Shown: piece by piece, positions 21,356 to 32,153 of the stretch
Numbering within the stretch: position 1 is the first letter of the stretch
Layout of the letters: each line of letters begins with the position of its first letter
From: a bacterium
GTDB taxonomy: Bacteria; Armatimonadota; Zipacnadia; Zipacnadales; Zipacnadaceae
Direction of reading: 5' to 3'
DNA: 64,000 bases
Assembly (NCBI GenBank): GCA_030603495.1
Contig: JAUVXR010000010.1
Location: forward strand, 5,499 to 69,498
The notes under the pieces: model-generated
What the model was told of the DNA's origin: nothing
The model's input: only the letters and a program-made list of their open reading frames with translations
The model's database searches: none
Translations under genes and position numbers: made by a program

Positions 21356-21452
21356 ATATCACCCAAGCCAATACAACTACCACGCCCAGCGCGTAGGCCC
21401 AGGAACCCACCCCCCGCCACCACTCAACTGCCTCCCTACCGCTTTCGTTCAC
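21321..21452 (-). CDS. Mini membrane protein (44 aa from a GTG start; the ORF extends to 21614 in another frame relative to the HTH gene). Paralog of 21811-22008.
   Basis: The C-terminus 'EAVEWWRGVGSWAYALGVVVVLAWVIFALWYGARQRE' is paralogous to 'EAAYWVRDLGVYAYALGAGVILLWVVIALWYSSRR'. The GTG at 21452-21450 overlaps the TGA stop of the upstream HTH gene as GTGA, indicating translational coupling. Confidence 0.4.
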   Translation of the reverse strand: MNESGREAVEWWRGVGSWAYALGVVVVLAWVIFALWYGARQRE

Positions 21453-21667
21453 CGCTCCCGCTGGGCCCGGGCCTCTTTTACCCGCTTGCGAAGCTCGCGA
21501 TACTTCGGCCCGGGATACACTCTCGGGGTCAGCCAGCGGTGGAAGGTACTTCGGTCTACCCGCACCGCACGACAGATTGCTGAGACAGACTCGCCTATCC
21601 TCAGCATATTGCAAATCCTGGTCTGTAGCCTATCCGTCAGTTTGGTGGGCCGGCCTGTAATGGCCAC
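21449..21667 (-). CDS. Small HTH protein of the terminase-small-subunit / IS-type 'GRPTKLT' homeodomain-like family
   Basis: 'MAITGRPTKLTDRLQTRICNMLRIGESVSAICRAVRVDRSTFHRWL' matches the common GRP(S/T)KLTpE...G...A...GVs..T...W HTH family, which is often mobile-element associated. Confidence 0.55.
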   Translation of the reverse strand: MAITGRPTKLTDRLQTRICNMLRIGESVSAICRAVRVDRSTFHRWLTPRVYPGPKYRELRKRVKEARAQRER

Positions 21668-21810
21668 TTCCTACCACCTCCATGCCGCAAGATGTCCGAT
21701 TTGGGTAATGCGCTATCCTTCTGCTTATACTGTCATCGCCAAGTACAGAATCCTCAGCCGTTCTGTGGCTACCCGACCGCGTCCCCGTGCTCCGGGGCCC
21801 CACGCCGCCA

Positions 21811-22008
21811 TTAGCGCCGGCTGCTGTACCACAAGGCGATCACGACCCATAGTAGTATAACTCCTGCCCCGAGGGCATAGGCATACACGCCCAGATCACG
21901 CACCCAGTAAGCTGCCTCCACAGCCAGCTCCTGCGCCAGGTCACCGAGCCAGAGCAGACGGTCGGCCAGCCAGTCAATTACCCGCTCCGTCGCGTCCTGT
22001 CGCATCAT
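21811..22008 (-). CDS. Mini membrane protein (~65 aa from the ATGATG start). Paralog of 21321-21452.
   Basis: Internal start 'MMRQDATERVIDWLADRLLWLGDLAQELAVEAAYWVRDLGVYAYALGAGVILLWVVIALWYSSRR'. The longer track ORF (to 22155) overlaps the GT2 gene end. Confidence 0.45.
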   Translation of the reverse strand: MMRQDATERVIDWLADRLLWLGDLAQELAVEAAYWVRDLGVYAYALGAGVILLWVVIALWYSSRR

Positions 22009-22042
22009 CAGTCTCACCACCCCGGTTCCTACCACTACCGGA

Positions 22043-22981
22043 TCACGTCTTCGCGTTGTCTCGCCCTGGCCCGGGCCGATGCCCCGGCGGCAGGTTGCGC
22101 AGCAGGCGGTCCAGGTACAGAAGGCGCAGGGCGGCATGGACCGTGAACCGTACACAGATGCCCAGCAATACCAGCCAGTTGGTCAGAAGACTGCGGCGCG
22201 CCGCGTAACGCTTCCAGTACATCCGCAGCATGCCCCGGTGGAAGTCCCAGAGCTGGCGCAGCGTCTTCAGCCCCATCGTCTGCCCGCCGCGATGAACCGC
22301 CTCGGCCTCGGCGACCAGCCAGACCTCCCAGCCCCTCTCCCCTATCCGCCAGTTCAAATCCAGATCGCAAAAGTTTATGGGAAAGGCCTCGTCCAGCCCG
22401 CCGACCTGCTCCAGACATTCCCGCCGCACGACGTATGCCGTGGTGCCAATTGACTCGGCGGGCTGCGTCTGGCTGTAGTCCACGTCCGGCGCGTAGTAGC
22501 CGCCCGTCCACGGGTTGCCCGGCCAGAAGCGGTGCAAGAACAACGACTGGGCCAGAGCCGCGCCGAGCGTCGGGAAGCGGCGCACGCACGGCTGGACTGT
22601 CCCGTCGGGATTAAGCAGCTTCGGGCTGGCCGCGCCGGCCGCAGGATGTTCGTCCAGGAACTGCACTACCCGATTCAATGCCCCCGGAGCCAGCACTACA
22701 TCGTCGTTGAGCAGCATCACGTACCGCCCCTGCGCCGCCGCCAGGCCCTGATTATTCGTCACGGGATACGGCCGCTTGACCGAATTGGTGATTAACTGCA
22801 CCTGCGGGAAATGCTGGCGAACTCTCCCCGTCGTACCGTCCCGCGAAAAGTCGTCAACGCAAGTGACCTCCACCACACCACGCGTGAAGCTGTCATAAAC
22901 CGACTCCAGGCACGGACGCAGGTCCGACCAGTTGTCAGCGGTGACGATGATAACGGAAAGGTCGGGTTCTGAATCTGGCAT
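22043..22981 (-). CDS. Glycosyltransferase family 2
   Basis: 'LSVIIVTADNWSDLRPCLESV' ... 'VTCVDDFSRDGT' ... 'YVMLLNDDVVLAPGAL' are typical GT-A/GT2 DxD-region motifs. Confidence 0.8.
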   Translation of the reverse strand: MPDSEPDLSVIIVTADNWSDLRPCLESVYDSFTRGVVEVTCVDDFSRDGTTGRVRQHFPQVQLITNSVKRPYPVTNNQGLAAAQGRYVMLLNDDVVLAPGALNRVVQFLDEHPAAGAASPKLLNPDGTVQPCVRRFPTLGAALAQSLFLHRFWPGNPWTGGYYAPDVDYSQTQPAESIGTTAYVVRRECLEQVGGLDEAFPINFCDLDLNWRIGERGWEVWLVAEAEAVHRGGQTMGLKTLRQLWDFHRGMLRMYWKRYAARRSLLTNWLVLLGICVRFTVHAALRLLYLDRLLRNLPPGHRPGPGRDNAKT

Positions 22982-22996
22982 TATTCCTCACCAGTA

Positions 22997-23053
22997 CGAC
23001 GGGCGTCCCGCCCGTCGAGGGATAGTGGAAATGGGACAGGCGAGACGCCTGTC
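22997..23053. repeat. Tandem GC-rich REP-like hairpins (B: cgacgggcg-tcc-cgcccgtcg; A: ggacaggcg-aga-cgcctgtcc)
   Basis: A is identical to 44981-45001. B is related to 45021-45041. Confidence 0.55.
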
Positions 23054-23064
23054 CGAGAGATCGG

Positions 23065-25041
<1,977 letters not shown>

Positions 25042-25602
25042 CTAAGCTAGTACGGCGCAATTCGGACGCTCTCTTTAGGCGTAGACACAGTCTCTTAGTG
25101 CGGTCAGGACAAAGACTACTAAGTCTGCCCCAGGGAGGGTGCGCGAAGGGCAGAAACAGACGGCGGACTACCATCAGTAGAGGCTACAGCTGCGCGGAAA
25201 GTCCGGGGCCGACTACCTGCTCCATAGCCGTTCCTCAATGCCTCTTTCTTAGTACCCAGGCGCGTCCATTTCCATCCCGCTACTATGCCTATTATTATAC
25301 CAAAAAACGCGGCTTTCGTCAAGGAATTCGGGCCGATAATAACTCCTGAAACCCAGCGAATTCGGTAGAGCATTGACCAATATTTGCCGTCAAGGGCTAG
25401 ACAAAGGCTGCATAACTCTCCTTGCGTCTACCGACAACACGAAAATAGTTGTAACCCCCTCGCAATAACCTCGCGCCGTACGGCAAGAAACCCGCCTCGC
25501 AAGCAGGAGAATAAGCCCGCCCTAGCGAATGTTCCTGCGATCTGCACTCGTGTACATGGGTCGTGCGTCTTACCCACCAATCCAAGCCAAGGGAGTAGTC
25601 AA

Positions 25603-26610
25603 ATGACTCAAGCTGCACCGATTAGAGTAGGTCTCATCGGCTGTGGGGGCTATGGTCGACAACATCTCCAACGGATGAGCGAGATCAGGGCTGTAGAGCT
25701 CGTTGGGCTGGCTGATCCCAGCACCAAGGCCCGCGCTCTGGCGCGGGAGGTTGTCGAGCAGCCCGACCTGCCTGGATTTCGCGACCACCGCAGTCTTCTG
25801 CTCAAGATTCAGCCTGACGCGGTGGTGATCAGCACGCCTCACACACTGCATCATCGCCAGATACTGGACTGTCTGGAGGCGGGCTGTCACGTGCTGTGCG
25901 AGAAGCCGCTGATCTGTAGTACCCAAGATGCGCGAGACGTGATAGCTGCCCGTGATGCCACCGGCCGAATCTTGGGCATCGCCTACCAGCGGCACACCTT
26001 ACCGCCGTATATGTACTGCCGCGAGGTGATCGCCGCCGGTGCCATAGGTGAGGTTACCTTTGTTTCATGCTGGCAGGCACAGGCCTGGTATGATCTGAGT
26101 CGCGGTACCTGGCGCGTCAAACCCGAGCTGTCCGGCGGTGGGCAACTCAATGATGCCGGTAGCCATCTGCTCGACGCGGTGTTGTGGATGACACAACTCC
26201 AGCCCGAGGTGGTCGCGGCCTTCGTTGATAAATTGGATACCGAGGTGGATATCGTATCGGCGGCCAGTGTCCGGTGCCGCGGTGATTCATTGTGTAGCTT
26301 TTCCATAGTTGGCAATGCACCACTACCTGGTTTCGGCGTCTGGGAAGACATCGTGATCTGGGGCACCACAGGGACATTGACCATCCGCAACATGCAGGAC
26401 GTCTACTGCTTGAGACCGACTCACCCCCAACAGAAGGTTCCCCGGCGTGAGATGCCCAAAGGCAGCGGCCCCGACACCAATTTCATCGCTGCTATCCGCG
26501 GCGCCGAGGAGATCGCCGCACCCGCCGAGTGCGGCCTATCTGTCATACAACTCACCGAAGGAATCTTGCGCGCCGCTGAGAGCGGCAAAGCGGTGAAGAT
26601 CAAGCAGTGA
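25603..26610 (+). CDS. Gfo/Idh/MocA-family NAD(P)-dependent oxidoreductase (start at 'MTQAAPIRVGLIGCGGYG', RBS gggag)
   Basis: An N-terminal Rossmann 'GLIGCGGYG', an 'EKP' motif, and a C-terminal alpha/beta domain. The long track ORF (25384) starts far upstream without support. Confidence 0.8.
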   Translation: MTQAAPIRVGLIGCGGYGRQHLQRMSEIRAVELVGLADPSTKARALAREVVEQPDLPGFRDHRSLLLKIQPDAVVISTPHTLHHRQILDCLEAGCHVLCEKPLICSTQDARDVIAARDATGRILGIAYQRHTLPPYMYCREVIAAGAIGEVTFVSCWQAQAWYDLSRGTWRVKPELSGGGQLNDAGSHLLDAVLWMTQLQPEVVAAFVDKLDTEVDIVSAASVRCRGDSLCSFSIVGNAPLPGFGVWEDIVIWGTTGTLTIRNMQDVYCLRPTHPQQKVPRREMPKGSGPDTNFIAAIRGAEEIAAPAECGLSVIQLTEGILRAAESGKAVKIKQ

Positions 26611-26629
26611 GGCACAGAAGTCATGAAGA

Positions 26630-26700
26630 GTTGTGGCGGGCAACCCGCTTTTTGGGAAAAAGCCGGTTTCCCGCACCTTTCCGGCAAAAACTTTTCAAAG
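26630..26700. repeat. Dispersed structured intergenic repeat, copy 2
   Basis: 'ggcgggcaacccgctttttgggaaaaagccggtttcccgcacctttccggcaaaaacttttcaa'. Confidence 0.6.
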
Positions 26701-26806
26701 TGGAAGTGTCAGCAGGAGCCCGTTCAATGGGTATCGCTTAAGCCCTAAGAGCTGCCCAAAGCACTACACCAACACCACTGACATGCGCCACTCAAAGTGT
26801 GCCCTA

Positions 26807-28117
26807 TCACCCCAGGAGGAGGTGGTCGGCGCATTCCGTGGCGCGGGTGATGATCTCGGCCTCGTCTACGGTCAGTATCTCGCCGTCATCCATAACGACC
26901 TCCCCACCAACAATGGTCGTTATAACGTCCGCGCTGCGGGCGGCATAGACCAGGTGGGAGACGGGATCGCGCGGCGGCTGAAGATGTACGCCCGTCATAT
27001 CCACTATAATGATGTCTGCGTGCTTGCCCGGCTCAAGCGTACCGATCACGTCGCTCAGGCCCAACGCCCGCGCCGACAGGCGAGTGGCCATGGTCAAGGC
27101 CAGCGGCGCCGGCAGTGCGGTTGGGTTGCCCGAATAGCCCTTCTCCAGCAGCGCAGCCAGGTGTACTTCCTCGAGCAAGTCGAGGTTGTTGTTCGAAGCG
27201 CAGCCGTCGGTTCCGAGGCCCACAACCGCTCCCGCCGCCAGCAACGCCGTCACCGGCGCAAAGCCGCTGGCCAGCTTCATATTGCTGCTAGGACAATGGG
27301 CGATGCCCGTCTGCTTCTCGGCGAGAATCGCGATATCATTTTTGCTCAAATGAACGCAGTGCACGGCCAGGACGGGCAAATCGAGCAATCCCAGGCTATT
27401 CAAGTGCTCTACGGGGCTTTGCCCACGGTCGTCGTAGCTGTCCTGGACTTCCGAAGCGGTCTCGGATAGATGGATGTGAATGGGAACCTCCAGATTCGCG
27501 GCGGCCTCCCCCACCTTCACGAGCAACTCGTCGGGGCAGGTATAGATCGCGTGCGGTGCCAACATCGGATGCACTCGGGGGTGCGCTTCTCGTCTCAGTT
27601 CGCCGACGAAGGCGATGGCCTCCTCAAACAGCTCCTGCGCATTGGGCAGAAACCCCAGGAGCACACCTGACGGGCAGGCCCTGATGCCACCGTCAATTGC
27701 GGCGCGTACGGTCTGCTCGGGCATATGATACATATCATTGAAGCAGGTCACCCCCGCGCGAAGCATCTCGCAGGTTCCCAGCAGACTGCCCCAGTAGACG
27801 TCGTCCGGTGTCAGGCGCATCTCCGCCGGCCAGATCCAGTCCTCCAGCCACGTCTGGAGGGCCATATCGTCAGCATAGCCGCGAAACAGGGTCATGGCCA
27901 GGTGTGTGTGCGCATTGACCAGCCCGGGCAGCACTACACAGTCGCTGGCGTCAATAGTCCTCTCGCCGCTCGGCTCCGGGGCAGCATCCGCCGGCCCGGC
28001 GTAGCTGATTAGGCCGCCGTCTGCACAGACGATGCCGTCACCAATCGGCTGCGAGTCCGCCGTCATCGTCAGCACAGTCCCGTTTACGATGCGCAGGCTG
28101 CTCAAGTCAACCGTCAC
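26807..28117 (-). CDS. Amidohydrolase of the MtaD / TRZ-ATZ family (5-methylthioadenosine/S-adenosylhomocysteine deaminase-like)
   Basis: A 'VLPGLVNAHTHLAMTLFRG' metal-binding HxH motif and the characteristic 'HLSE' and 'HC' downstream motifs. Confidence 0.75.
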   Translation of the reverse strand: MTVDLSSLRIVNGTVLTMTADSQPIGDGIVCADGGLISYAGPADAAPEPSGERTIDASDCVVLPGLVNAHTHLAMTLFRGYADDMALQTWLEDWIWPAEMRLTPDDVYWGSLLGTCEMLRAGVTCFNDMYHMPEQTVRAAIDGGIRACPSGVLLGFLPNAQELFEEAIAFVGELRREAHPRVHPMLAPHAIYTCPDELLVKVGEAAANLEVPIHIHLSETASEVQDSYDDRGQSPVEHLNSLGLLDLPVLAVHCVHLSKNDIAILAEKQTGIAHCPSSNMKLASGFAPVTALLAAGAVVGLGTDGCASNNNLDLLEEVHLAALLEKGYSGNPTALPAPLALTMATRLSARALGLSDVIGTLEPGKHADIIIVDMTGVHLQPPRDPVSHLVYAARSADVITTIVGGEVVMDDGEILTVDEAEIITRATECADHLLLG

Positions 28118-28123
28118 CTCGGT

Positions 28124-28744
28124 TCAGGCCAGCTCCACCAGCCACGGATTGCTCCGCAACTCAGCGGCCAGCGTTGTTGTGGGGCCATGCCCTGGATAGA
28201 GAGCCGTATTCTCGGGAAACTCGTTGATTATCCGTCGCAGGGAGGCCTGGAGCACCGGTAAGCTGCCTCCGGGCAGGTCGGTGCGGCCAACCCCGCCCGC
28301 GAAGATGAGATCCCCGGTCAGCAGCGCGTTCTCGCTGTCCACCGCCAGACAGACACTGCCCGGGGAGTGCCCGGGTGTGTGGAGAATGCGAACGACCAGT
28401 TGACCGATCTCTATCCGGTCGCCCTCGCCGTAGGCCTGAAGCTGGGACAAAGGAGCCACGCCTAGCCCCGGCAGTGCGTAATCATCCAGCATAGGTACCT
28501 CATCCGGGTGCATGTAGACATCAGAGACTCCGGTTTCCTCGACCAGAGTCTGGACGGCGCCCACGTGGTCGGGATGACCGTGCGTGCACAGGATAGCCGT
28601 CAGTGCGGTCTGCTGCTGGTCCAACTCCCGCAGGATGAGGCCCGCATCACCACCTGGGTCAACTACCGCCGCCTCGGCGGTCGCGGGATCGGTCAATATA
28701 TAACAACTGGTCATCAACGGACCAACAGTCAACGGGATTATCAT
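28124..28744 (-). CDS. MBL-fold metallo-hydrolase (glyoxalase II-like)
   Basis: 'LCTHGHPDHVGA' HxHxDH motif, 206 aa. Confidence 0.75.
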   Translation of the reverse strand: MIIPLTVGPLMTSCYILTDPATAEAAVVDPGGDAGLILRELDQQQTALTAILCTHGHPDHVGAVQTLVEETGVSDVYMHPDEVPMLDDYALPGLGVAPLSQLQAYGEGDRIEIGQLVVRILHTPGHSPGSVCLAVDSENALLTGDLIFAGGVGRTDLPGGSLPVLQASLRRIINEFPENTALYPGHGPTTTLAAELRSNPWLVELA

Positions 28745-28841
28745 ATTCAGCCTGCTCTTACCTTCTCTCTATATGTCACCACGCCCCCGCCGAATCGGTG
28801 GAGGCGCATAGATCTGTGAGTTGCTCAGTCTTTGCCTTCCA

Positions 28842-29678
28842 TCAAGCGCGGACACCCGAGCAGCTATCGGCTGGAACCGGCCCGCAGCGTTCCTGGACCC
28901 GTCGGACCAAATCCCGATCGTATTCGTCGAGTGCGCCGGCTCGTTGGTAATGAGGCTTCGCCTCTGGGGCCTGGCCCATGAACTCAAGATGCTCCGCCAG
29001 CAGGTAACGGTAGGCGGCATTGTCCGGAGTAATCTCTACACTACGCTGAAGCATTGCCAGGGCTTCTTCATCGGATCGCTGGCGGATGTAGGCCGTGGCC
29101 AGCCGCACGTGGTAAAAGTCGTCCCACGGACAGCACTCCACCGCCACCTGGTACGCCGCGGCGGCGGCCGCCCAATCCTGTTTGCGGAAGTATAGCTCGC
29201 CGAGCTTGAAATGGTAAAAGCCATGCCGCGGCGCGAGCCTTGCCGCTTGACGCAACGACTTTTCAGCCTGTTTGATCTTGCCGGCGCTTAGACATAGCCA
29301 ACCGAGCCGGTAGTGGTAGTAGGGCCGCTCCGGCTCACAGGCCACGGCCCGCTGCAAGGCGCTCTGGGCCGCGGTGAGCCGCCCACGGTAGCTCAAGAAA
29401 TCGCCCAGGCTCAGGTAGGAATCGCCGTGCCCTGGTGAGACGCGCAGCGCCTGTCGGTATATCTTAAGCGCCTTGTCCTCGTGCCCGGAGACAAAATAGG
29501 CATCAGCCAACCGCACCCGCACCTCGACGTCGCTGGCATCGAGGTTCGCTGCTTTCTTATACTGGGCGATTGCCTCGTCCATACGCTCCTTCTCGGCAAG
29601 CTCATCACCTAGCGACAAGTGAACCAGCATTTGGGTCCGGCGGAACTTCTTCTTGCGTCTAACACTGCTTCTGCTCAT
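28842..29678 (-). CDS. TPR-repeat protein
   Basis: Multiple TPR-like units ('AIAQYKKAANLDASD', 'YRQALRVSPGHGDSY', 'AAAAAYQVAVECCPWD'). Confidence 0.65.
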   Translation of the reverse strand: MSRSSVRRKKKFRRTQMLVHLSLGDELAEKERMDEAIAQYKKAANLDASDVEVRVRLADAYFVSGHEDKALKIYRQALRVSPGHGDSYLSLGDFLSYRGRLTAAQSALQRAVACEPERPYYHYRLGWLCLSAGKIKQAEKSLRQAARLAPRHGFYHFKLGELYFRKQDWAAAAAAYQVAVECCPWDDFYHVRLATAYIRQRSDEEALAMLQRSVEITPDNAAYRYLLAEHLEFMGQAPEAKPHYQRAGALDEYDRDLVRRVQERCGPVPADSCSGVRA

Positions 29679-29708
29679 ACCAGCCCTTGTTGCTCCCGTC
29701 TAGCCCCC

Positions 29709-30158
29709 TTAGCTGTGCGGCTCAGTATCTATAATCAAGGTCACCGGGCCGTCGTTGACCAGCTCAATCTGCATGGAAGCGCCGAACTGGCCCTGCCCCA
29801 CTGTCACGCCCCGTTCGCGCACAGCTGCTATAAATTGCTGGAACAGCTCCTCCGCCCGGCGCGGCTCTGCCGCCTGGGAGAAGCTAGGCCGGCGGCCCCT
29901 GGCCACATCGCCGTACAACGTAAAGTTCGGCACGACCAGCACCTGTCCCTCCACGTCGGCTAATCCCAGATTCATTTTGCCCCCCGAGTCCTCAAATATC
30001 CGCAGGCCGGCGACTTTGCGCGCCATCCAGTTGATCTGCTCGACCTCGTCGCTATCGGTAAAGCCGACCAGCACCACCATCCCCCGCTGAATCTGTCCGA
30101 CCACCTGCCCTTCAACCGTTACCTGGGCATGCGAGACTCGTTGGATTACCGTACGCAT
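29709..30158 (-). CDS. dtd: D-aminoacyl-tRNA deacylase
   Basis: 'MRTVIQRVSHAQVTVEGQVVGQIQRGMVVLVG' and a C-terminal 'SGPVT'-like motif, 149 aa. Confidence 0.85.
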   Translation of the reverse strand: MRTVIQRVSHAQVTVEGQVVGQIQRGMVVLVGFTDSDEVEQINWMARKVAGLRIFEDSGGKMNLGLADVEGQVLVVPNFTLYGDVARGRRPSFSQAAEPRRAEELFQQFIAAVRERGVTVGQGQFGASMQIELVNDGPVTLIIDTEPHS

Positions 30159-30173
30159 TGGCCACCTTCGCTG

Positions 30174-31442
30174 CTACCATAGCAGTTGGGGAGTGATCTC
30201 CCAGTCTACGATATCTACCGCTGCTTGTTCCTGTGGGCTCGTTGGCCCCGCCAATGTACTATCACCGCTCTCCTCGCGGATGAAGGCCCCATCGTTGTTG
30301 ATCTGGACGAATTCGGTGGGGTCAAATATGCGAATGGCATCGTTGCCCAGCGGTCCGAGTCCGTCGTAGGTATTAGCATCGGGATCGGTGACAATTGGAT
30401 CGAAAATGAGGTCGGTCGTGGTGATGAAGTTGATGCTGATATTGGTGATGTTGGTGCCTAGTTTCGCCAAGTCAATCGTCGCCTGCAGTGTGTCGCTGCC
30501 ATCAGGCGGGACGGACGTATATGGAGGCCCCAGGGAGGTGGCTGTCGTGCCAAGCTCCAGTCCGACCACGGCCCGGTCACCAACCGCCAAGTCACCTGTT
30601 ACGAAGGCCACCCCGGGGATCGGGGGATTCCCCGTTGACTGCGAGGAGTTCGCCGTCACTGTGGCAGCACTAGTCGTAACATCCCCCGTGCTGGCGCTCT
30701 CGAAGGCAACGTCTACATCGGCGGTTGCGGGGGCGATGTCAATGCTCTGGCTGCCGCTGAAATCCGGGCCGGAGGCCAGGGTGAGGGTCAGCCCGAGCTC
30801 GTCCAACGAATCTGCTGCCAGCAATGCACCGCCGTTGAGTGTGTCAACCTGCGCTTGTTCGGCAGCATCTAGCACCCGTCCGCCGTCGGCGGCAGGTGTG
30901 AAGACCACCGACCCAAGCACCACGGTCCCGTCGGCATTAGTCGCCAACGCCAACGTGCCCGCATTCTGGTCGGAATCGTTGGTCACCGCGTCAATCGCAC
31001 CGGTGCCCGTCAGTATCACTGCTCCCAGCGTCACTGCCGTGACCGTAACGGTGCACTCACCGGCATCTCCACCAGTAACATCACCAACCACATCTAAAAA
31101 ACCGCCCGAAAGACTGCGGATCACCACGTCAAGGTCGGCGCGCCACAGCTCGTAGTCGCCGTGGCTATACTCCAGGAAATGCGTAATCGAGCCCGTACCC
31201 CAGCCGTTGCCCCAGTACGGCCCGGCAGCCACCGGCACGGGGAAGTCGGCCCCCTCGTCCGCATCGCTGTCGAACGCGACATAGTAGTAGAAGGCATCGT
31301 TGACTGGCCCATCCATCTGCCAGACAATCTCCAGTACCGCCTCCGGCACCGGACTGGGTATCCCTTCGCCACCCCGAGCACAGCCCCCCAGTGCGACCAC
31401 CAACGCCAGTACGGACGCTGTCAGAGCGCTCCGCCAGCTCAT
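30174..31442 (-). CDS. Hypothetical lipoprotein (lipobox 'LGGCARG'), Thr/Asp/Gly-rich, probably a beta-rich surface protein
   Basis: A signal peptide with a lipobox cysteine and low-complexity T/A/D/G-rich composition. I recognise no domain. Confidence 0.55.
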   Translation of the reverse strand: MSWRSALTASVLALVVALGGCARGGEGIPSPVPEAVLEIVWQMDGPVNDAFYYYVAFDSDADEGADFPVPVAAGPYWGNGWGTGSITHFLEYSHGDYELWRADLDVVIRSLSGGFLDVVGDVTGGDAGECTVTVTAVTLGAVILTGTGAIDAVTNDSDQNAGTLALATNADGTVVLGSVVFTPAADGGRVLDAAEQAQVDTLNGGALLAADSLDELGLTLTLASGPDFSGSQSIDIAPATADVDVAFESASTGDVTTSAATVTANSSQSTGNPPIPGVAFVTGDLAVGDRAVVGLELGTTATSLGPPYTSVPPDGSDTLQATIDLAKLGTNITNISINFITTTDLIFDPIVTDPDANTYDGLGPLGNDAIRIFDPTEFVQINNDGAFIREESGDSTLAGPTSPQEQAAVDIVDWEITPQLLW

Positions 31443-32116
31443 TCCTGCACCCCACGACGAGCTATACCCCGCCGCAAGAGTTCCTGCGGGTTGTCTACCA
31501 GAACCTGCTGGAGCCGGTCGTCGGGAATGCCTGCCCCCTGCGCGACCTGGCGGGCAAATTCCTCAGTGAGATAATCGCCCGGCGCGTGGCCGTCGCTGTT
31601 GATGAGCAAGCGAGCCCCCACTGCCAGCGCCAGTCGGGCGACAAGCCCGTTGGTCAAGCAGTGCCCCTGCCGCGAGGTTATCTCGACAAAGACATCATTT
31701 TCCGCCGCCAGATGTGCCTCCTCCTCAGTGAACAGCCCCGGATGCGCCAGGATGTCTACCTGCGGGCAACTGACCGCCGCCAGGTTGGTGCCTGGCTCGA
31801 CCGGCTCGACAATGCTCTCTCCGTGGACCACCACCAACTCGGCGCCCAGCTTGCGCGCTTGCGCGGCCAGTTCGGCGACTGCGGAGACCGGGACGTGAGT
31901 TATCTCCACGCCTACCAGGCAGACGAAGTTCCAACGTTCGGCAGCGAGCCTCGCCTCCCCCCTCACCTCTTCGATAATCCGCTGCATTACCCCCGCACCA
32001 ACGTGGTCGGCGATACCCATTGCGGTATAGTCGTTGGCGATGCAACGGCGTATCAGCTCGATCGGCGACAGCACACCATCACTGAGAAACGTATGAGTGT
32101 GAAAATCGTACAGCAT
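31439..32116 (-). CDS. PHP-domain metal-dependent phosphoesterase
   Basis: 'MLYDFHTHTFLSDGVLSPIEL' and 'MGIADHVG' PHP motifs. It has a 4-nt overlap with the downstream lipoprotein gene. Confidence 0.75.
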   Translation of the reverse strand: MLYDFHTHTFLSDGVLSPIELIRRCIANDYTAMGIADHVGAGVMQRIIEEVRGEARLAAERWNFVCLVGVEITHVPVSAVAELAAQARKLGAELVVVHGESIVEPVEPGTNLAAVSCPQVDILAHPGLFTEEEAHLAAENDVFVEITSRQGHCLTNGLVARLALAVGARLLINSDGHAPGDYLTEEFARQVAQGAGIPDDRLQQVLVDNPQELLRRGIARRGVQE

Positions 32117-32153
32117 TGCCAGAGCTGCTCCTTTCCGATATTTCTCCCTGCGG

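Noticed and set aside
21449-21667. Interpreting the HTH gene as an IS transposase or prophage terminase, marking a mobile element
   Set aside because: There is no integrase, transposase catalytic domain, terminal inverted repeats or target-site duplication visible nearby. I kept it as a lone HTH gene within a probable insert rather than calling a mobile element.
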